A stretch of 64,000 nucleotides of DNA from Nitrososphaeria archaeon. Lineage in GTDB: Archaea; Thermoproteota; Nitrososphaeria; JACIWG01. The notes under the pieces were generated by a model, which was not told where the DNA came from, searched no databases, and was given only the letters and a program-made list of their open reading frames with translations. Position numbers and translations under genes: made by a program. Shown in pieces: positions 58,512 to 64,000 of this stretch; within the stretch, counting starts at the first letter, position 1, and every line of letters begins with the position of its first letter. The stretch is from positions 1,664 to 65,663 of the forward strand of contig JAOAKB010000004.1 of assembly GCA_026413865.1 (NCBI GenBank). Direction: 5' to 3'.

Positions 58512-60164
58512 AACGTACTTGAAAAGAGATTCGAACGCAGAAAGTATGCTGTTGCCATGAACATTCTTATTTATTAGGAAAAGGCAATGTGAACCGCCAG
58601 TTGAAAGTATATCTAGAGCGTGTCTAATCATCTTATACGCCTGCTCGAAACTTGTTAAAATAATAATATCACTTATATTATCGAAAACAATACAGCCACC
58701 GACTCTAGTAATAGTATTAAAAAAGCCTAGAATAGACGATATATCTCCTGCCGGAACAAAACTTATTCTTTCATTCAACTGCACAACCTTTGAATGTGTT
58801 GTTGAAAGGAAAACAAATTTTAAATTTTCAAACATATTAAGTGCATTTTCTAAAACACTACCCTTTCGTGTAAAAACATAAACATTTTCACCATTACATA
58901 AACATTCTTTAACAAAATCTAAAACTCTAGGTAAATAATCTTCTGAAGAAAATTCTAGAAGAAAATTTGATATTTTAAAAACATCATGTGTAATACCAAT
59001 ATTTTTAGAGAAAACTTCAAAGTCGTTTAAACTAAAACCTTTAGGCAAAAACATCTGCTTTAAATCTTTAGAAAACATTTCAAAAAGCCTTTCAGACCTA
59101 ACATAATTTTCATGCCTTTTAAGCACTTGAACAAGCGCTGCACCAAGCACACTATAATTTTTGTTAATAAATTCGACAAGAAAACTTCCAAAACTTTTAT
59201 CTAATTCACCAGATTCAAGTAGTGTGAGAGTAAGGTCTATGAATTTATTAACCGTATCCACTTCAATATCACCTCTAATATTTAATAGAATTCTAGAATC
59301 CTTACTATCAAAGGACAAAACGTCACCTAAACCTCTTTCATTCAAATAAGATAATATTCTAAAATATCTTATACCAAGCTGCTCAGGAAAACTTGACATA
59401 CTTTCAATAAAAGCCTTTAAAAGCTTAGAAAAGTCTTCAGCCATTTTAGAATAGCCTAAAGGAACCAGGGTAATAATATCCTTTGAAGGAATGTTTAACA
59501 CATGATATATTACTAAGAATGTTGCAAGATAAAAGAAGCCACCTAAAGGTGGAAAGTTGGGGTTCACCTGAAGCAGGATAAAGTTTGTGACCGTAACACC
59601 GATAGCCTGAAATATTATAAAAGAGACTAAAATGTAGAGTAAACTTTTTCTAAGAGACTTTGATGCAGCCTTAAGCCATAAAAAGATGAGGACAAAAAGT
59701 ATTGAAGCCATATAAATTGGTGTAAAAAAAATTATTACAAAAGTTGCGTGAGGAGCAATTATTGTATGATAACTCCATCCAAAAGCACCTTCAACCATTT
59801 CATATTCGACAAAAAATGTGTAAATGATGCTTCCAAATACACTTGGAGCAAGGCATAATAGATTCAATAATCTTGTCCTCCAAATGTTAAGAAATGTTAA
59901 GAAAAAGAAGCCTAAAATAAATGGATGAACTACACCTATTACCTTAAATATTTGAATAGAAAATTCGTATGTTGCCGCAGTCCTATGAATAAATACAAGC
60001 ACATCCCATAACACGATAGAAAAACCAAAAAGTGCAAGAGAAACACTAACAAAGTTTACTTTCAACCTGTAGAGAGTTAATATTGTTGCAAAAACTATTG
60101 CCAAGGCTCCAAGAATATATTCTATGAAGAGAAAAATATAGTTAAAAGAGAATGGTTCAAGCAT
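58503..60164 (-). CDS. Seven-TM membrane protein with a cytoplasmic linker and a C-terminal DUF835-like (P-loop-less KaiC-like) domain
   Basis: About 7 hydrophobic helices in aa 8-225. The C-terminal ~140 aa (NVYVFTRKGS...VVQLNERISFVPAGDISSILGFF...GGCIVFDNISDIIILTSFEQAYKMIRHALDIL...HCLFLINKN) follows the DUF835 pattern and has no Walker A. The start overlaps the upstream gene by 8 nt. Confidence 0.6.
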   Translation of the reverse strand: MLEPFSFNYIFLFIEYILGALAIVFATILTLYRLKVNFVSVSLALFGFSIVLWDVLVFIHRTAATYEFSIQIFKVIGVVHPFILGFFFLTFLNIWRTRLLNLLCLAPSVFGSIIYTFFVEYEMVEGAFGWSYHTIIAPHATFVIIFFTPIYMASILFVLIFLWLKAASKSLRKSLLYILVSFIIFQAIGVTVTNFILLQVNPNFPPLGGFFYLATFLVIYHVLNIPSKDIITLVPLGYSKMAEDFSKLLKAFIESMSSFPEQLGIRYFRILSYLNERGLGDVLSFDSKDSRILLNIRGDIEVDTVNKFIDLTLTLLESGELDKSFGSFLVEFINKNYSVLGAALVQVLKRHENYVRSERLFEMFSKDLKQMFLPKGFSLNDFEVFSKNIGITHDVFKISNFLLEFSSEDYLPRVLDFVKECLCNGENVYVFTRKGSVLENALNMFENLKFVFLSTTHSKVVQLNERISFVPAGDISSILGFFNTITRVGGCIVFDNISDIIILTSFEQAYKMIRHALDILSTGGSHCLFLINKNVHGNSILSAFESLFKYVLR

Positions 60165-61782
60165 TTTTACTACAGTCCCATAAATCTTCTATAATTTGAA
60201 ACTTTTCTGGAGGGACAATCTTTGGAGGCTTGTATTGTCCTAAAGGAACATTATTCCTAGCCTGTTTAATAGCATATCTTGTGAAAGTGCCTCTAGAAAG
60301 AAACTCAACCTTTATAGCCTCTGAAGGACTACTTATCTTAAAGTCCCTAACATAGTCTCTAAATTCAGGATGTATATTATAGAGGACATCAAATATCATC
60401 CTCTCAGCTTCACCTTCACTTAAAGCCCACTCCTTTTCAAAAAGAACATAAAGCTTTTCACGTGGATGCAATATTTTGGATACAACCCATCTGTCCGATG
60501 CCTTAAAGTTTGCTTCAACAAGAGCCCTAGCCATAATGTCTTCTGTAACCCTAAAATAATCGTATATTGAAAGTAGTGTCTGAACCCTCCCTTCAAAAGA
60601 GAAAACAGGCATACCATCATAGAAGTCTATAACCCTAAACATATCACCAATTCTATATCTTACAAGCATAGTATAAAATGGAGTGCCAACAAGCTCATAA
60701 GATTCACCCTTCTTCAACTCATAAAGCTTCTTAACCTCACCTCGGCCATTAATAAATTCAAAATATAGGCTTCTAAGGTTTGGCATGAAATCCATTTTCC
60801 TATCAGGCCGCCCGAACATAGCACTACCAAATTCTGTAGAACCGTACGAGTTAAGAGGCTGTACACCAAACTCTCTTTCAAAAAAGTCTGCATATAATCT
60901 TGCATCAGTACTTCCGATCAAAACACCCTTCAAAGGCATAATTTCTTTTAAATCCTTTTGACCATGACCACCTAACTTTGTTAGAAAAAGTTTTAAAAGT
61001 ATAAGAAACCTTTTACTCCAGTTGGATGACATCTTATAGGACTCCTTCAAAAAATATTCTTGATCCGAAAAATATTTGCAAATCATGTAGAGCAGGGCAC
61101 CACTACCACCAGCCATATGAATTTTATGCCCATTATCAATCATCCTCAATGCAATAGAAAATTTTTTACCCATATCCCTAATTTTGTCAGCGACTTCAAT
61201 AGGTGGGACAAAATTTAGGAAATTGCTCCAAAACTTTAGAGCCCAACCACTTATGTATGGCGGTGGTGCAATAAGGTTTAAGGCGTTTGCATTATTATCT
61301 AAAACGTTTTCCCCCCATTCTCTAGAAAATGCTATAAGAACAAGAGCCATACTACTTGAAATAAATGTCTCATAAAAATTTTTTCCATGAACAAAGTATT
61401 TTGGCTTACCTGTTGTTCCAGTCGTTTTAACACAAAAATATGGTTCATCAGGCAGAAAGCCTTCAACAAGACCACGAATATTTTGCTCAAATAGTCTCAT
61501 ATAATAATCATGCAATGTTTCTCCTTCAGCTACAGGAACAGCTTTTTCACATTGTTCTAAAACTTCTGTAACCTTATCAAGCATAGGGTAATCATTATAT
61601 TCTGTTATAGGCAAATCGTCAATACTTCTCACACTCCTATTTCCACAAACTTTCTTTGCAGTAGAAGTATTAAGCCAATGGCTCAAATGCTTTTCCAAAA
61701 GATAATTGTTGTATTCAAGCTGTTGCTCAAAAGTTTTTCTATAAAAACCACAATATTTTTCCCAAAGCTGAAGATTATCCAT
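60157..61782 (-). CDS. GH3-family (ANL-like) adenylate-forming acyl-acid amido synthetase homolog
   Basis: KTTGTTGKPKY (GH3 motif 1), NSYGSTEFG (motif 2, YxSxE), YRIGDMFRVIDFYDGMPVFSFEGR (motif 3, YRxGD). The N-terminal EQQLEYNNYLLEKHL...ITEYNDY also resembles the GH3 N-terminus. 541 aa. Confidence 0.65.
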   Translation of the reverse strand: MDNLQLWEKYCGFYRKTFEQQLEYNNYLLEKHLSHWLNTSTAKKVCGNRSVRSIDDLPITEYNDYPMLDKVTEVLEQCEKAVPVAEGETLHDYYMRLFEQNIRGLVEGFLPDEPYFCVKTTGTTGKPKYFVHGKNFYETFISSSMALVLIAFSREWGENVLDNNANALNLIAPPPYISGWALKFWSNFLNFVPPIEVADKIRDMGKKFSIALRMIDNGHKIHMAGGSGALLYMICKYFSDQEYFLKESYKMSSNWSKRFLILLKLFLTKLGGHGQKDLKEIMPLKGVLIGSTDARLYADFFEREFGVQPLNSYGSTEFGSAMFGRPDRKMDFMPNLRSLYFEFINGRGEVKKLYELKKGESYELVGTPFYTMLVRYRIGDMFRVIDFYDGMPVFSFEGRVQTLLSIYDYFRVTEDIMARALVEANFKASDRWVVSKILHPREKLYVLFEKEWALSEGEAERMIFDVLYNIHPEFRDYVRDFKISSPSEAIKVEFLSRGTFTRYAIKQARNNVPLGQYKPPKIVPPEKFQIIEDLWDCSKNA

Positions 61783-62483
61783 CAGAATACCTCTGGATAT
61801 GGAGTTATTACAATACCTTCATTAGGAACTATAGAATATTGATAGAACTTCATTTCATGCGCTACACCCCTCATTTTTAAAACTGCAAGCCGCCTCCTTA
61901 ACTCGCCTTTAACAGGCAAAAGCTCCAGCTTTATTATCCCGTCTACAACAAATTCTTCAACACCAGAACCAAGACTATCAACACCCCAAGGTGTTTCAGA
62001 TATGACAATACTTGTACAACCAAGCTTCCTAAGAAGCCTATGTATTATCGAAAGCACAACCCTTATTTCATCCTTCCTTTCTAGTGACATAGTCAAAGCA
62101 GTCAAAGAGTCTATCACAAGCCTTTGGGGAGAAAAAGAAAGGGCCTTTTCAAAGATCATGTCTAACATGCTTTCTAAACCAGACCTTTCTACAGCCATAA
62201 AATCAAGAATTTTAACCTTATCCTCTTCATCAAGTCTATCAAAATCCCATCCCATAGTCCTAGTAAACTGTTTTAAAGTCTGAACATTTTCATTAAATAT
62301 TATAAGCATACCTTTTTCAGAAAACTTTACAGCACCATTATACAGAAACTGTAAGGCTGTTAAAGTCTTTCCAGTTCCAGGACCACCAGCAATTAAGGTT
62401 ATTGAACCCCTCGGAAGACCGCCATTCAATATTCGATCCAATTCAGCTATTCCAGTAGAAGCCCTATCAATTTCAAAACTCAT
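61782..62483 (-). CDS. Single-domain KaiC/RecA-like ATPase
   Basis: STGIAELDRILNGGLPRGSITLIAGGPGTGKT (Walker A), RLVIDSL (Walker B), and C-terminal LKMRG..H. 233 aa. Confidence 0.8.
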   Translation of the reverse strand: MSFEIDRASTGIAELDRILNGGLPRGSITLIAGGPGTGKTLTALQFLYNGAVKFSEKGMLIIFNENVQTLKQFTRTMGWDFDRLDEEDKVKILDFMAVERSGLESMLDMIFEKALSFSPQRLVIDSLTALTMSLERKDEIRVVLSIIHRLLRKLGCTSIVISETPWGVDSLGSGVEEFVVDGIIKLELLPVKGELRRRLAVLKMRGVAHEMKFYQYSIVPNEGIVITPYPEVF

Positions 62484-63136
62484 TTTTCACCAACCTCAAT
62501 TATAAACTTTCCATAATCCTTAACAAGAGACTCAGAACGTCTAACATTAAACTTTTTATCATAAACCTTTTCAAGAAAACCTGCAATTATGCCTCTAATC
62601 AGATTCTCTGAAAGATTATTCTTAAAAGGTACACTTGAAACTGTAAGAAGACCATACCCTTTTTCATAATCCATTTTGGACAAGGATATTTCACCCCATC
62701 CATTCGACCTAAAAAGATTACAGAAACTTGAAATAAGATTTTCTTTTTCATCTGAAAACCTTTTCAAAAGCTCGCCATAAGTTCTTCCAATAGACAAGCC
62801 AATGTTAAAAACTATCAAAACACCACCAACACCAAAAGTTCCAACAATAACATTTAAAATATTATCCCAGCACACAGCAGGCACCATAATAGGTGAGCCT
62901 CCAGCAAACTCTTTTGTCGAAGGAAAAAACCTTTCAATAACATCATCACATAGTTCAACACTATAACCTTTTATTATTCCATTCGACTCCATCCTCTTAA
63001 TCCGCCTTGCAACAGTCCTATCTGAAACACCAACAACTTTAGCAATTTCATTACATTGGACTCTTGCATTTTCTTTAAGAAGCTTTAAAATTTTTAGGTC
63101 AAGGTCATCAATGTTACCTTTAACCAAACTAATCAA
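62480..63136 (-). CDS. AsnC/Lrp-type HTH regulator fused to a V4R-like ligand-binding domain
   Basis: The HTH is LDLKILKLLKENARVQCNEIAKVVGVSDRTVARRIKRMESNGIIKGY. The C-terminal NGWGEISLSKMDYEKGYGLLTVSSVPF...LIRGIIAGFLEKVY...GKFIIEV resembles V4R. TTG start. Confidence 0.65.
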   Translation of the reverse strand: MISLVKGNIDDLDLKILKLLKENARVQCNEIAKVVGVSDRTVARRIKRMESNGIIKGYSVELCDDVIERFFPSTKEFAGGSPIMVPAVCWDNILNVIVGTFGVGGVLIVFNIGLSIGRTYGELLKRFSDEKENLISSFCNLFRSNGWGEISLSKMDYEKGYGLLTVSSVPFKNNLSENLIRGIIAGFLEKVYDKKFNVRRSESLVKDYGKFIIEVGEK

Positions 63137-63173
63137 CTAGTATGACAGAAATCGTTATAAAAATATTATCTAA

Positions 63174-63219
63174 GACAAAAATTGTAGGACAAAAACATTT
63201 TTAGACAAAAAAAGACAAA
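63174..63219 (-). repeat. Four direct GACAAA(AA) repeats (TTTTTGTC on the coding strand) upstream of the HTH-V4R/KaiC/GH3 operon
   Basis: GACAAAAA occurs at 63174, 63188 and 63204, and GACAAA at 63214 (spacings 14, 16 and 10 nt). On the minus strand a TATA-like atatttttataa at 63153-63164 follows, and then the TTG start at 63136. Confidence 0.5.
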
Positions 63220-63234
63220 TTAAACCTAATGAAC

Positions 63235-63702
63235 CTACTCATTCTGGTACCTACCCCTATAGCCTTCCAAAGCCTTCCTTTCACATCTAACAAGCACAAG
63301 CTGAGCAAATCTTGCACCCTTTTCAATAACAATAGAGTTTTCAACCTTTAATAAAACCTTCGAAAAACCACTATATCCAGAATCCCAGAGGGCAGAACCA
63401 ACATAGGCGCCCATCCTAACCAGAGAAGACCTTGGAAAACATATTCCTACAGCATCAAGTGGTATAGAAATCTTTTCCCTAACTTGGACAACATAAACAC
63501 CCTTATCAAGAAAATATTGTCCTCTTTCATTACAGGAAACCTCAACATATTCTGGAAGAGTTACAACATCCCTTAATATGGCACCGGAACCCTTAATAGT
63601 GAAAATTTTTTCAACTGTCAAATCAACACCATTAACCTGAACTTGATTTTCACTAATTCCTTCAATAAACCTTGCAACATCATTACCAGCCAAAACAGAC
63701 AT
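63235..63702 (-). CDS. dut: dCTP deaminase/dUTPase-superfamily protein (short archaeal dUTPase-like)
   Basis: PRSSLVRMGAYVGSALWDSGYSG and C-terminal YRGRYQNE. I trimmed the start to the ATG at 63702 (MSVLAGND), because the ORF-track extension to 63855 runs into the tRNA-Tyr gene. Confidence 0.75.
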   Translation of the reverse strand: MSVLAGNDVARFIEGISENQVQVNGVDLTVEKIFTIKGSGAILRDVVTLPEYVEVSCNERGQYFLDKGVYVVQVREKISIPLDAVGICFPRSSLVRMGAYVGSALWDSGYSGFSKVLLKVENSIVIEKGARFAQLVLVRCERKALEGYRGRYQNE

Positions 63703-63760
63703 ACCCAAACCATAAAAAAGACAAGAATATAAAATTAAAAAAACGAGAAATAAGAAAACG

Positions 63761-63774
63761 ATAAAAATATATAT
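63761..63774 (+). promoter_or_regulatory. TATA-like element (ATAAAAATATATAT) 28-41 nt upstream of tRNA-Tyr
   Basis: Call rests on sequence and spacing only. Confidence 0.35.
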
Positions 63775-63801
63775 GGAAAAATTAGTCCATAATCTATCGA
63801 C

Positions 63802-63919
63802 CCCGGGGTAGCTCAGCCTGGCAGAGCTTCCGGCTGTAGAAGTTTGCCTTGGCAAACTCGTTCAGCCTGTCAGGCTTACAGAAACCGGAGTGTCGGGTGT
63901 TCAAATCACCCCCCCGGGA
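63802..63919 (+). tRNA. tRNA-Tyr (anticodon GUA) with a 44-nt intron after position 37
   Basis: Acceptor CCCGGGG/CCCCGGG, D arm GCUC-AGCCUGGCA-GAGC, anticodon stem UCCGG...CCGGA, anticodon GUA at 63836-63838, T arm GGGUG-UUCAAAU-CACCC, discriminator A. The two exons sum to about 74 nt. Confidence 0.85.
63840..63883 (+). other. Archaeal tRNA intron (canonical 37/38 position)
   Basis: The intron 3' segment UUACAG can pair with the exon anticodon-loop CUGUAG, leaving short bulges at both junctions in a bulge-helix-bulge-like arrangement. There are two internal hairpins: GTTTGCC-TT-GGCAAAC and AGCCTG-TC-AGGCT. Boundaries are ambiguous by 1-2 nt. Confidence 0.6.
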
Positions 63920-64000
63920 TCATAACTTAGAGAAAGCGAATTTTAGCTGAAAATAATAAATATTATCATTTAATTAGCCCAATAAAACAAAGAGGGAATA

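Noticed and set aside
63703-63855. 51-codon N-terminal extension of the dUTPase-like ORF, including a hydrophobic stretch that could be mistaken for a TM anchor.
   Set aside because: The extension crosses the tRNA-Tyr promoter and overlaps the tRNA gene itself. The conserved dUTPase fold begins after the internal ATG at 63702.
1-64000. A search of the whole window for CRISPR arrays, transposases or integrases, rRNA genes, inteins and riboswitch-like leaders.
   Set aside because: No regularly spaced repeat array was seen. No ORF carried transposase or integrase motifs. All conserved enzymes have ordinary lengths, so no intein-sized insertions are present. The leaders are too short or absent for riboswitches.

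Overview
This is an AT-rich, very gene-dense chromosomal segment from an archaeon. Many neighbouring genes have overlapping stop and start codons. The archaeal hallmarks seen directly in the translations are: archaeal-type S-adenosylmethionine synthetase, deoxyhypusine synthase, an Sm-like protein, a Rio2 kinase, Trm112, the HMG-CoA synthase/thiolase/DUF35 mevalonate trio, TATA-like boxes about 25-30 nt upstream of start codons, and a tRNA-Tyr whose intron sits at the canonical 37/38 position. I can support about 65 protein genes and 2 tRNAs. I found no rRNA, no CRISPR array and no intact mobile element. Most of the window is housekeeping or anaerobic central metabolism: ilvC, a BMP-type ABC importer, PfkA, pyrG, an aldehyde:ferredoxin oxidoreductase, malic enzyme, MDH, rubrerythrin, Bcp, and a five-gene NuoEFG-coupled Hox-type [NiFe] hydrogenase. 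The best candidate for an undescribed system is a translationally coupled four-gene minus-strand operon at 58503-63136. It encodes an AsnC-HTH/V4R regulator, a single-domain KaiC-like ATPase, a GH3-family adenylate-forming enzyme, and a 7-TM protein with a P-loop-less DUF835/KaiC-like tail. A set of GACAAAAA direct repeats lies just upstream of it. Secondary oddities are: a decayed HEPN-MNT toxin-antitoxin pair beside tRNA-Arg; a CHASE4 histidine kinase cut by four in-frame stops within 27 nt; histidine kinases with no receiver-domain partner but with paralogous small helical proteins; and a ThrC-like/aminotransferase/FGGY-kinase cluster. All functional calls come from motif recognition by eye. 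No database search was run.
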